DNA of 63,176 nt, the filler included, from Nemertoderma westbladi (lineage: Eukaryota > Animalia > Xenacoelomorpha): the NCBI GenBank assembly GCA_032718475.1. It is 3 parts of 3 records of this genome, joined end to end, with 100 filler letters (N's around TTAATTAATTAA, not from the genome) between each part and the next. Parts side by side here need not be neighbours in the genome. Positions count along the whole stretch, not along the records: positions 1 to 20,099 come from JAUCBJ010000585.1; positions 20,200 to 50,804 come from JAUCBJ010003737.1; 1 more part is not named here. One strand, written 5' to 3'. The translations under genes were made by a program, and so were the position numbers. This document shows positions 12,539 through 25,140 of this stretch, in pieces. A model generated the notes under the pieces. The model searched no databases. It was not told where the DNA came from and saw only the letters and a list, made by a program, of their open reading frames with translations. The number at the start of each line of letters is the position of its first letter. The first letter of the stretch is position 1.

Positions 12539-12895
12539 AGTTCGAGTTTGTTATGATTCGTCTGCTTGGCCAAATTCTGTATTATATTACCGGTACTGGT
12601 ATAATTATAATGCAATAGAATATAAACAAGCAATCATTAATCAGTGAGGTAACGCCAAGCCTATAGTCTGGGCGAATTACTGAATTAGCTATTCATTCGG
12701 AAAGTAAATACAATATATGACTGAATTTGGTATTATTCAACGCAAAATTGACTATTGCTGCTGTATTTGAATACTACTGACTGACTGATGTACGGTAGGC
12801 CTACCGTACACTATGACCCGTAACATACGGTATACCGGTATAGTCTCATTTTCTGATGACGCAATTTTTTCTACAAACCTACAAATCTTGAAATT

Positions 12896-13433
12896 TAAAA
12901 AAGTTTCTTTTTCGAAATCGCACCATCCGTATCATTGCCATTCAGTCGTAATTATTTTCATACCGGTATCAATACAGCAATAGAAAGAGAAAGCTTGTGT
13001 TGCAAGGATTCCAAATACAGAAATAGGTATCTGAATTTCGTTGAGAAACAGCTGAAAAATAGGCGTTCAAATATTGCAAGAATTATTGTTCGCTGCAGGC
13101 CATTTAGGCCTACCGGTACCCGTATTCTATTTCATATGAACGTCAGAACGTGAACGTTTATTTTATGAGTTGGTAGGCAACTGCGGTATGCTATATTGCG
13201 TAGCTAATCATACCGGTACATAAACAAATTGTTCCAGAACATGGTGTATTTATTACAGTATTAAATAGCTGAATAGAATAAATGGCCTTCAGCGAACAAT
13301 AATTCTTGCAATATTTGGCAGTTTCTCAACGAAATTCAGATATTTTTTGTTACATATTTGGAATCACCGGTAATGTGAAGAATGGCCACGATACGCAGAT
13401 ACGGCGGGTGTGATTTCGCAAAAGACACTTTTT
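12896..13433. mobile_element. Old foldback element/MITE with long imperfect TIRs upstream of piwi
   Basis: About 12896-13110 (aaaaagtttcttttcgaaatcgcac...tctgaatttcgttgagaaac...aaatattgcaagaattattgttcgctgcaggccattta) is the imperfect reverse complement of about 13279-13433. Confidence 0.75.
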
Positions 13434-13435
13434 AA

Positions 13436-15645
13436 CCCTTGTGCTCTCTTTGGGGTCATTTTTGACCCATCGGAGATTTAAACTTACATAATTTTATCAC
13501 ACATTGATATTTTATCTCAAAATTTTGTGACTTTTATTATTTTATAGTGTACCGGTATCTTAATTAGAAAAACAAAATTTGCAATTGGTCTATTCAATTT
13601 TACAATTTATACACATATTGCAGTATTGTCTTTGAGGTCAAATTTGACCTCATCAAATACCATTCAATATCAACGAAAGATTTACTTATCTTAGCCTTCT
13701 CTGTACTGATGACTGAATGTATGGTACTGGTCTAGCAGAAGCCTATATAGAATTCTCAGATTGTAAATTAGATAAGTACCAGTACCGGTCACGGTCACAG
13801 CTACTCAAAACCACGCTATGGTCTGCAAATCTAAACTCAGTAGGTCCCTTTCTTCTGTGCTTGAATTCCAGTCAGCAGGTACTGTACTGTGTATTTTGAT
13901 ACGGATATCAATATCTCAAAACTCAATATACATTATATTTGACTGTTTGGGTGAAATGTCTACGGAATCGAGTGGGGATGATGATGAATGGGATACTGTT
14001 TCTTGTAGCTCTTTGGAATCCGATTCAGACTTTGTTGTAGAGAATAATGCTGATGAATATTGGCTATCATCTGATGACACTGATGCTGCTATAGATTCGG
14101 ACACTAGTTTTGGAACAGTAGCGGCTGTAGATGATACGGATACAGTTACTTCTAGTCCAATTGAGTCCAGAAATGGTGAAGTCATATGGAATACTATTCC
14201 TCCTACACAATTAGGTCATCGCGCATCGGCAAATATAATAAGTGAAACCCCAGGAGTAACAAGGTATGCAGTTGCTAGAATTCAAAACATTCTGACGTCA
14301 TTTCAATTGTTCATTACAAGTGAGATAATATCAACTATCGTGCAAATGACGAATATAGAGTCTAATAAAGTATGTGGCAATAATGTAGTTGATGAGGAGT
14401 CAATTAGAGCATTCTTAGGGCTAAAATTATTAGCTGGTTTATACCGTTCCAGAAACGAGTCATTGAAAACATTGTGGGATGATACATATGGAAGGCCTAT
14501 ATTCCGGAGTACAATGTCATTGAAGAAGTTTTTGATATATCAAGATATTTACACTTTGATGACAAGGACACCCGTTCAGTGCGACGGCAAACTGACAAAC
14601 TGGCGCCAATTAGAGCAGTAGAGATGTATGGGACATATGGACTAGCAAATTACCAATGATGTATAACGTTGGAGAATGTGTAACAATCGATGAACAGCTA
14701 GTCCCATCCCGTGGGCGATGCCCCTTCCGTCAGTATATCCCCAGTAAGCCAGATAAGTATGGGATAAAGATCTGGTTTCTGTGTGATGCGAAATCAAGCT
14801 ATGGTTGGAAAGCAGATGTGTATCTTGGGAAGCCTGAAGGTGGTCCTAGGCAGACAGATTTCGGAAAGCAAGTTGTGTTGAATCTTTCGGAGGGACTAAA
14901 GGGCCGTAATATAACATGTGACAACTTTTTTACATCTTTGGCCCTTTCAAACGAACTGACAAAGCGCCTCCAGACTATGGTTGGAACTATTAGGAAGAAT
15001 AGAAAGGAGCTGCCAAAGAGCTTTTGTGAATCGAAGAGACGGGAACAGTATTCGACCTTGGAGGGGTATTCCACAGGAAATACATTAGTATCATACTGTC
15101 CAACGAGAGGAAAAGTGGTTGTCCTTATGAGTTCAATGTACTCAAAGGTGACATACAGTACTGCAGTTGAGAAGAAGCCAGACATTATACTATATTATAA
15201 TCAAACCAAGGGAGGGGTAGACAACCTTGATAAGTGTATATCCACTTATAGGAGCAAGCGGCAAACGAAGAGATGGCCTGTAGCTCTCTTTGACAACATG
15301 GTTGATGTGTCGGCTTATAATGGGAACAAGGGTAAGAAATACAAACGGCGCTTGTTTATTGAGGAGCTTGGGCTGGAACTTATTAGCCCAACCATAGCGA
15401 CACGAAAACGGCTACCGTATAGTTCAAATGCTCAGAGGTTGGTGAAGCGTTTATGTCAGGACATACCATCGGATGCTCCATCAACATCGATATCATAACC
15501 TACTCCGCATTCAAGAGGATATTGCCATCTCTGTACAGGTGCAAAGCGGAGAAACAAGGTATCAAAGGTGTGTGCAAAGTGTGATAGACACACTTGTAAT
15601 GCACATGGCGAAGCCACATTTATGTGTCAGGAATGTGACGAATAG
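13436..15645 (+). mobile_element. piggyBac transposon, degenerate, right end not found
   Basis: TTAA followed by CCCTT... left terminus with ggtca/tgacc repeats. Transposase split over ORFs 13818-14621 and 14656-15498 (TIDEQL, YIPSKPDKYGIK, TCDNFFTS, YNQTKGGVDNLD). A Cys-rich tail (CHLC...CAKC...C..H...CQEC) follows the in-frame stop and ends at 15645. Confidence 0.92.
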
Positions 15646-16175
15646 GCCTAGTTTATTTTTTATTTATTTATTTATTTATTCCAGACAATATATATATATA
15701 TCAATATAATTATTAATTACATATACGTCATCCATATTCTACACTAGGGCCTAAAATATTAATTACTAAAAGGAATGCACGAAAATGGTATTATTAACAA
15801 ATTATCAGTATAACATTGAGGAATCTAACATCGATCTCATTCTTGAACAGTGCTGTGTTCCCACGGCAAATGTTGATACTAGATTATTAGTGGTAGCATC
15901 AATCCTATTAAATAAATTGACTATGGATTTATGACGCACATGGATGAAACACGATCCATAGTCAGATACGAGTAAAACTGTAGTAAACTAATTATACAGT
16001 AGAATATTCAAACTGTCAAATGAAATAGGGACGATGGTTTAATTTACTAGTTATCACATCACACCTTACAAAGTTGAAATTGAATTTGAATTATATTACT
16101 AGTATATGGTCTACTTAGTAGTACCCCATTTTGAAACACACTTTTAAAAAAACGGGCACTCCACCGGCCACCCCC

Positions 16176-17093
16176 CAGGTTGGAATTCATGCATGAGCGC
16201 GCAGGTACGCTTTGTTGTTTTGAAATCACCGTGCACCTGAAATTGGCTCGTCGCGCACCTCATCATATGTCATAATCCAAACAAAATCGCGCAGCTCATG
16301 TCATGCATATCTCAAAAAATCGCACAGTTCATATTTTCATAAGAACAATTTTACATTCCTATTTTACAAGTTTGAGCGTTTTAAGCTTATCTTTACGTCT
16401 GTCTGTCTGTACGTTGAATCTAGGCTTACATAATAAATGTAATTTTTGCAACATCAAAATTGTTAATATTAAAAAATATTTTTTTAATCCACTACTATGG
16501 TGGCCCATCGGGCTCACTGCTTTTATAACAGAAAATATTATTTTAGATTACAAACAAAACATGTACCGGTATAATTTCAAAAAAACGAATATTGAAATAG
16601 GTACCAGTCTGCCAATAATACTTTGTCAGTTTGTATAGGCCTACCTAACAATTAGGCTTAAACATACAGTTGGCTTATAATTAAGTCATACTTATAATAC
16701 ATTGTTACTTTCTGACTTTACCTGTTTACTAACGTAACATCGGCATAGCATAGACCTAATAACAATACAACAATAGAGTACTGTAGTTAAAATAAATAGA
16801 CAAATTCAGCTCCGGTTGCCGGCATTACAGTATTATGGTGAAGTGATTTGACTGTTTGAAGAATTGTAAATGAGAAACAAATGCGAGCGTAGCGAGCGAA
16901 ATTTTTTTGTGTATTTTCGTGATTTCAATTAATTTGTGGTGCGCATCAGAGGCAGAGCTGCGCGCTGAGGCGCAACGCGCACCTGTCTCACACCCGAACG
17001 CGCACCTGTCTCACCCAAACGCGCAACGCGCATCTGGTTTGCGGTCATTCGCGCAGGTACGCGTCCGAGTTTTGCAGCATGAATTCCAACCTG
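16176..17093. mobile_element. MITE with 17-bp TIRs and 10-bp target duplication
   Basis: caggttggaattcatgc ... gcatgaattccaacctg, flanked on both sides by ggccaccccc (16166-16175, 17094-17103). Confidence 0.8.
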
Positions 17094-18881
17094 GGCCACC
17101 CCCAATTCATATGACAATTTGTAAATTTTTTTTAGTATCATAATATTCAAACGCATCTATTAGCATCTGTAAAAATAATTTTTAAACAACATTAACCCAA
17201 CAGCCCAAAGTGTCAAAAATTCGACCTATATTTTGACATTGAAAAAAAGTGAATTTTTGAAAAATGCATTTTTGGCCTCCTAGTGTTCACAAATGCGAAG
17301 CAATGACAAAATTTATTTTACTATTTGATAGACAATTTATTCGGACATCTTCTAATATTTCAATTTTTATCATAACATCACGCAATCACCCACAATCCGT
17401 TAGGCCTAAAGAAAAAAGTACAACTTGCTGTATCAGTGTATCAAGTCACCTCAATGTATCAAGTCACCCCGAATTACGGTAGGCCTACTCAAAGCAGAAG
17501 CTGGACAAACATTTTTATTTTTAATATTACAGTATTATGATAATTAGGCCTATCTGCCTATCCCATCGATGAGATTCTAATTCTCAAATTAATTTATACA
17601 GACTTTTATGGCGATTCTAATGGCATAATTTTTAGAATGCCAATGTTCAAATTTCACTGCCGGTTTTCAAATTAAATTTAGCATTGTTTTCTAAGGAGAA
17701 ATTTCACTCTGAGAGCGTTTTCTATTCTGGCTGTAAATTGGACATATTGCTGTATTGTGACCAGTGTTCCTGACTGTATTGTTAATGTTACCATGGAAAC
17801 CTATTTCATTAGTCTGTTAGTTGTACCGGACCAGTAGCAGAAGGACAACTGTTGTTTTAAATACTTATCAGCTTATTACAGTATTACAACATTTGTAAAT
17901 AGCTTAACAATATTTTTATTTTAGAGTACCGGTACGGTAATCTGGTAAATACAGTAGGCCCCTACTGCCCTGGCCCTAGGCTAATAATATTTTAATTTTA
18001 ATAGTAATTTTAATACTTCAGTACTTGAGCTATGAAAACTTTGAATTTGTAAATAGCTTAACAATATTTTTATTTTAGACTGTCAGACTGTTAGAGTAGG
18101 CTGGTTGGCCTAATAGCCTACTGCAGTACTGTAATACCGGTAGCGGGTAGGCAGGCCCTAAATACAGTAATATTATACAGTTATATTAGGCTGTCAGGCC
18201 TATAACTGTATAATAGCCTAGCCTAGTAATTTTAATACTTGAGCTATGAATACCGGTATGTAAATAGATAGCCTAACTGCCTAATAGGCCTACTGTAATA
18301 TGATAGCCAGATAGCCTACTGTGATAACAGATAACAACTAAGACTGTAAGACAGTGGACGGTAGGCTAGGCTGGTAGGAGTAGGTATTTCTGTATTTTAG
18401 ATAGGACCTACCTCTGTAGGCCTACCTATTTTATTGGTCATCATCTTGTAAATTGCCAGGGACTAACAAACGGTGCTGTCTGTGACTTTGTGACTTAGGC
18501 CTGTAGCCTACTCATTCTGTCATTGCCTTAAATCAGTAAATTTACTTTCAGATTTCACTATCCAGCTATCAGACTATACCAGTCTGCCAGTATACTGGCT
18601 GGGGCTGACCGGTACCGGTACCCTACTGCCCAATAATATCTTTGTATTGTACAATCATGTAAATTTAATTTATGTTGAGTAGTTGAGTTGACTTCCTGAC
18701 TTGGAAAAGAAAATCAATCAAACAATCAATCAATAGGCCTAGCTCTACCAACCTGCCAATGCAGTGCCAACCAGTGTTTTAGTGTCTGGGTAATATAAAT
18801 TTTTTAAACTGTTTTAAACAATTCTTACTGCTATTGTACTAACAATACTCACTCCTATTGGCTCCAGAAGTCGAGAAAATA

Positions 18882-18985
18882 CTGCCAAGTTCCTAAATCT
18901 AATTGATCTAGACTTTGTTGATGACTTAGGAGTACTCTCAGAATCACTAGAGGAATCCCAACGGCCCCTCAGCTCATTAGGACAC
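18882..18985 (+). mobile_element. Short RTE-clade LINE RT fragment
   Basis: Diverged match to the RTE at 58932-59780 (DLDFVDDLGVLSESLEE here vs DLDFADDLGVLSESLEG). Confidence 0.75.
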
Positions 18986-19330
18986 GTTCGTGGGGCCTTC
19001 GCGCAGCACGAGGTCCAGTTATGAGATACAAATTAAAATTAAGCGACTGTATCACAAAATCAGGTTTTGAGAAATTTACCCACACCACCAATCAATCAAA
19101 GAAAGGGGGACAGTACGTGTTCACCCCTTTTAATCCCCCCCCCCCCCCCCCACCCTTCTCAACCACCAATACATAACCGTGACATCTACCACCCACGGAA
19201 GGGTAGAACGAACTTATTTCCAATCGCACGTTAAATATGCAAAGCCAGGTGGTGTATATGAATATAATCAACGCCGTACTCGTCTTAATTATTATAAGCG
19301 TCGTTCAATCGTTGCGCTCGTCCAGAGTAA

Positions 19331-20098
19331 GGGGCCGTCCAAGTATGACGTCTGCACTTTTCCCCAAAATGTTGACCCCCTCCCTCCCCTAAATCAGATG
19401 TCATCAGATAGGCGTTGACCCCCCCCCCCCCCCCCCCCCTCCCCTAAATCAGATTTAAAAAAAATTTGTAATAAACTATTATATTATGACTGTATGAATA
19501 TTATTTATAATCACTTGTAAACCCATGTCAACTCTGTTCATAAATCTTAAAGTTACCGGTAACAAAATTGTTCTATTTGTACTGAACTACAGTATCATTT
19601 GTATAAAAGCACCAGTTCAGTGAGTAATATAATGTGTAAAGTAAATATGTTTATTTGTGCTATATCAAATTTATACATATTAAATTAAATATGTTATTCT
19701 TGTAAATCATGCTAGGGACTGATTCTTTCCTCAATCAAATTAGGAATTCTAGAATTGTAGTACATGTAGTCTCTAACTAATGTCATAATACGCTTAGGAT
19801 TAATGTTTCATTTTCAGGCGAACCCCGGTACCGCAGTACCCCAGTAGCACGCGTCCCAATCACTGAAACATGGTGACTGGTGACTGAAACAGAAGGTCGT
19901 GCTACGGGCCTTCGAAGTTCGAACAATTAAAATAGGCAAGCTATTTACTCTTCTGCTATATCTCTTCTAGCACCTATAAATGAACATGCTGACATCAGAT
20001 TTTGGCTGACCCCCTCCCCTCCCCTCATCAGCACGTCATCAGATTTTCCCAACCCCCCTCTCCCCCCAAAAGTGCTGACGTCATACTTGGACGGCCCC
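19331..20098. mobile_element. PIF/Harbinger-like MITE
   Basis: taa-ggggccgtccaagtatgacgtc ... gacgtcatacttggacggcccc-t(gap): 22-bp TIR, TAA target, C-rich subterminal repeats. Confidence 0.8.
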
Positions 20099-20099
20099 T

Positions 20100-20199
20100 N
20101 NNNNNNNNNNNNNNNNNNNNNNNNNNNNNNNNNNNNNNNNNNNTTAATTAATTAANNNNNNNNNNNNNNNNNNNNNNNNNNNNNNNNNNNNNNNNNNNN
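20100..20199. other. Assembly gap with artificial linker
   Basis: 44 N + TTAATTAATTAA (stops in all six frames) + 44 N. Confidence 0.97.
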
Positions 20200-23100
20200 C
20201 TTTATTAGATCTAGGTCTTTTGCTCCTCGATCTTCTACCGGGATCGCCTCCAGGAACTCACGGGAGTTGCTGGTGAATGTAGTTAATCGAAATCCACCTT
20301 TCTTTAAGCATTCTACCATTCCTTTAGCGACCTCAATGGCTTCTTCGACTGATGGAAGGGACTTTAGATTATCGTCCATGTAGATGTCTCGTTTGATGTT
20401 GTCGATCACCTCTTTAGAGAAGGCGTCTCGGTTGTCATTCGCAGTGGTACACACCACGGAACAGGCGTTTGAAGGGTTCGAGATTATCCCAAAGGCTTGG
20501 ATGGTCATCCAGTACTCCACCGGTTTCTTGTTGAGGTCTCCTTCAGGCCACCACAGAAATCGTAGGCTATCTCGATCCCTATCCAGCGCTTTGACTTGTA
20601 AGAACATGCCTTCTATATCTGAGGCGAAAGCAATGGAATATTGTCTTAATCTTAATAGTATTCCCAACAAGGATTGGAGTAAGTTGGGTCCGGGTAACAA
20701 TTCAGAATTAAGAGATTGGCCCATATAAAGGGCGGAACCGTCAAACACCACTCGTACTTCATGGGGTTTACCGGGTTTGGGAACGTAATGGTGAGTTAAA
20801 TAATACGTTCTCTCAGTTATAGGTGTTTCTTCCGGTACTAGCTCCGCATATCCCTTGCTAATAAACTTCTTAAACTGCGTTTGATACATTTCTTTAGCTG
20901 AAGAATTTGCCGTAAGGCGTCAATGTAGTTGAGCAATTCTTTTCTCCGCCAAAGGTCTGTTGTTAATGAACTTTGGTTCTCGCTTTCGGAAAGGAAGTCC
21001 AATCTCATACCTACCTTGATCTTTAAGAAAACGAGTAGTTGTCGCTTGGATCTGCTTGGCTCTTTCTTCCTCCACCGATAGGGCCTTATCGTAGGAGTTG
21101 GGCTCTACAGCCTCTTGAGTAAAGAATCTTACGGCGTGTTCATCCCGAGTCTTGGCATTATAACGTTCAATGACGTCATTAAGCTCGTCGTTATAGTCGT
21201 CTCGCTCTGATGGGAGAAGGAGTTGACATAAGTTCACTTGATTTTGCCAAGTCTCGCTTTCCTTAAGGAGATCGATGGCATTCTCCTCATCGAAGAGTTG
21301 ATGTATATCGTCGTTGTCTGAGGAGTATGGAGTTCCCTCAGTTGGATCGTCTAACTCACTGTTCTCAACTTCCCATTCTCGCACTTGATATACCTGATCT
21401 TTCGGTAATCTTTCCATGAGAGTTCTACGGGAAGGGCCAGTAGAGTACCAACCCACTCTAGTTCTTACCGCATAAGGTTGTAATGGTTGCGGTTGAGCGG
21501 GCCGTTTCTCCAATGTCTCGAGCGCTTCATGCGCGTTTTGACCGATGAGTATTTGCACTCCAGGGTAATCGGTGTCGAATCTAGGTATTTCCATCTGCTG
21601 GGTGAAATCGTCCTCGTCCCAGTTATAAGGTTCCACTTGTGTGGTAGCGAAGTTCTTTATTGCCACCTTTTTCACTTACCTTATGCTATGTTCTCCTAGT
21701 TCGTCCTGGGGGGTGGACAACGCACCTACATAATAATCCGCTGTTACTGTAGATTTCCAAACCTGCATAATTCCTGACATGTTTAGCTTAGTTCGGAACT
21801 TGGGTTGTCCAGCAAATATGTCTTCGGCTAGCTCTTTGTCGATGAATGTTCCTGTACTACCGGAGTCAAGGAGGGCGTTCACTACATAACTCCTTTTTGG
21901 TCCGTGGACCCTTACCTGTACCACAGGAAATTCTCTAATCCCTACATTGGAAGTTGGCGCTTTCCAAAATGGTTGTCGATCAGAAGTAGTTAGAGTGAGG
22001 TCACTTTCTGTATCTTTTTCATAAGTGAGTGCTCGATACACTGCGGTATTTATCATGTAACAGGATTCGTTTTCGTCGGAGAACTCGTCCGTATAGAATC
22101 CTTCCATCTCAGATTGATCAGTGTCGTTCACATCACTGAATTGGACATGTAGTTCGGAATCACTTACCTGACTCGGACTATTTCGCTCGAATTCAGTGTG
22201 CAACAAGATATGATGTTTCGCACCGCACTTGGCACACCTTGTGTCAGAGTAACAGGTTCGACGTTGGTGTCCTTGTCTGAGGCAATTATAACACAACCGC
22301 TTATCCCACATGACTTCCCGTCTCTCAGTTAATGATTTCTTTAGGAATTCATCATACATATTCAAGCGATGGGTCCCATCACATAGCGCACATTTCGGTT
22401 TGATGTTACTTACCTTATTTTGAGTAACATTGTGCACACTTGTTTTTTCTTCGGGCTTTCTCACCTGAATTCTCTTGGGAGACGTAGGAGGAGTTTTTCT
22501 TACCTGTTCTCTCCTGTCATTGGTTCGAGACTTGAATTTACTTACCTGATCTTTAGGCATTTTATTGACATAATAAGATCTGTCAGTGTCTTTCCCGCTA
22601 TCCTCTCCTTGAGAAGTCTGGCTTTCGCCGTCGTCTGTATAACACACTGGTGTTACCTTTCTCCTAGAGACGGGTTTTTCACTTACCTTGTTTTCCGGTG
22701 TCTTCTCTCTGGACAGTTTTAGGAGCTGTAATTTCACTTCTCCATCTAGGAATGACATGAGATCAGCCATGGTAGGGTCTCGTCGTTGTTGTTCCATCAT
22801 ATATAACACTTTCTTATCCCAGCATGTACCTACTCCACCCTTCGGTAAAGTAGAAGCCACGGCTCCAATAACCATAGAACTCTGATATTCATGAGACTTA
22901 CCTAACTAATCTAATTGTCTACAGATCTCTTGAATCTCATCGGAAAACTCTATTATCCCGCTGCTAATGAACTTTCGGGGCGCTACTAATTTTGCATACA
23001 AATATTTAGCTATGTTATTCCTATTACCATACCTGATGTTTAGTGTATCCCAAACTTGTCTTAATCCATCTGGATGTCCAATAAACTTTAACGCCATTAA

Positions 23101-25123
23101 CTTGGGAGATCCTTCCAAGCACTCGATGAGGAATCTAAGTTTCTCTCCATTAGATAGTACAGAGTTCTGTATGTTATCTTTATAATATTCATTAAAAGGT
23201 AACCATTTCATCTCATCTCCATTGAACTTGACTATCTCTCCCACCTTTACCGCTTGCCGGGCTTCGGTTCTAGCCATTTGACGCGTAAAACTTTCTTGGG
23301 CCATCGTGTTATTTAATATCGAGTTATCGGTATATAAATTTCTCGGATTATGATCAGGTCTATAGGGAATGTCATTATCAACAGGTCTATAATTACCCTT
23401 AATAGGGTTCACTATAGGAGTTTCTACTTCGCTAGCAGTATAGATGCGTGTAGGCTCCACACCTTGCGCATGAGATACTTCAGACCTAACAGGTTGACAC
23501 ATTGTTACAGGGGGTGGTGGTATACCCCTTTGTGTATTTACTAATTTATCGCGTTCTAGCGCGATACTTTGCTGCACTTCTTGCAACTCTAACCTACTTT
23601 CCCTTACTGTGCCCTTGAATTGCTGAACGGTCTCCTGCATCTGCCCGAGCAGGAGATCCATCCCCCGTCGTCTCTCATCCACCCATTCGACCGCCGAAGC
23701 GGGATTCGCCAACGTTGTAGCGGGCGGACGAGGGACAACGGGCGACAAATCATGAATATTTCGCTCGGAGTCCAGGACCTGAACTGTCTCATGGGCTGTT
23801 CTACTGGGCACAGGTAGCTTAGTGCTGTGCAGAGGGAATTTAGAGGTAGGTTCAGGGAGCACAGGTGTCTCTATCACCGAAGGGGTGATTTCAAGAACAG
23901 GCCTAATTATTACAAACTCATCTACTATAGTAGGGAGTCTTTCTATTTTAATTATTTGGTCTGTGGGTTCTGTACTACCTAAGTTGGTGTTATTTAGTTG
24001 CCTTCTAACAGCTGGAGGCAAATCAGGCAATTTCTGACGGTGTGATTTTCTTTTACGTCTGCTTATACGAGATCTATTTCCTTTGCCTTCAGTATCGGTG
24101 GTATCGCCTTCCTCAGATGATGTATATCCCTGTCTTTTGGGAGTAGATCGACCCATCATCTGCATTTGACTAGCTGTTAACTGTTTATTTATGCAGTCTT
24201 GATTCTCCTGAATGTTTTCCAATTCTAGTTGGATGGTTTCTTCAGCCGCTCTCCGTTCTGCTTCTGCCACTGCCTCTGCAGCCTTTCTTTCCGCTTCGGC
24301 CTCTGCCGCTGCCGCCTTTCTTTCCGCTTCGGCCTCTGCCGCTGCCGCCTTTCTTTCCACTTCGGCCGCTTTTCTTTCAGCTTCTGCCGCTGCCACGGCT
24401 GCTGCTACTGCCGCTGCCTTTCTGTCTTCTATACGTTTTTTCTTTACTTGTTCTTCTTGGACTCTAGTGATGCGGAGGCGTTCATCAAATTTAGCCTGGT
24501 TCGCAGCCCTCATTTCTACATCGATGGCATCCAACACACGCTGAGTTCCTTCGCTATTAGGGCTAAGTCCATCTAACCTTCTCCTCAACTCTTCATCTCC
24601 TAAAAAACGCTGATAGTCTGACAGATAGATGTCAATGGCATCCCTCTTATGTGGTTTCTCTGCCGTCGCTTCACTTTCCACTTGGGAAAAAGTAGCGTCT
24701 GTTGATTCTCCATGGGTTGAGCGCTCCTCCAGCTGAGCTTTCCACTGAGCCGTTCCTTGAACCTGGAGACTCACCCGTTGAAACCAAGTCTTTACGGCAA
24801 CTTGCAACGACGTGTCTTGTCTTCTTTTAGAAGCCTCCTCAAAGGCCGATAAGATTAGCCTGATTCGCAGAATTCTTTCTCTAACTTGATAAAGCAGTTG
24901 TCCCTGCTCTTGAGGTCCTTGGGGTTGTTGAAACAGTTGTTCTTTTAATCTCTCCATAGAGCTGAAGAATCCCTGTGCGTATCCGGCTGCGGACCTCTTC
25001 CACACAGCTGGATCGATGGTTTCCTTGGCTACTCCCATCCGGTGTATGTCTTCCCAGGCAGCTTCTGATAAATCAAACGGGAGTCCGGGTCTGGGGAAGT
25101 TCCATTGCGACTCGACAATAGAC
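20200..25123 (-). mobile_element. BEL/Pao LTR retrotransposon gag-pol, copy A (pseudogenised, cut by the gap)
   Basis: Gag (KFNGDEMKWLPF), BEL triple zinc knuckle (CALC..., CYNCLRQGHQRRTC, CAKCGAKHHILLH), protease ALLDSGS, RT (VRVVFDGS, SDIEGMFLQ, IYMDD). In-frame stops at 22906, 21676 and 20920. Confidence 0.93.
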
Positions 25124-25140
25124 TTTGACTTTGTAAGAAC

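Noticed and set aside
9672-12633. Many overlapping ORFs on both strands within piwi
   Set aside because: Shadow ORFs caused by high GC; no independent motifs.
7888-13433. Piwi captured inside a single DNA transposon, or a retrocopy with poly(A) and TSD
   Set aside because: I found no matching TIR pair, TSD or poly(A) tract bracketing the gene; the flanking MITEs are self-contained.
20144-20155. TTAATTAATTAA as a biological palindrome or piggyBac site
   Set aside because: Centred in a 100-bp N gap and repeated identically at 50849-50860; an assembly linker.
24212-24576. Ala/Ser- and Cys/Phe-rich plus-strand ORFs (also at 28764-29128)
   Set aside because: Antisense read-out of the AEAERKAA coiled-coil repeat in BEL gag.
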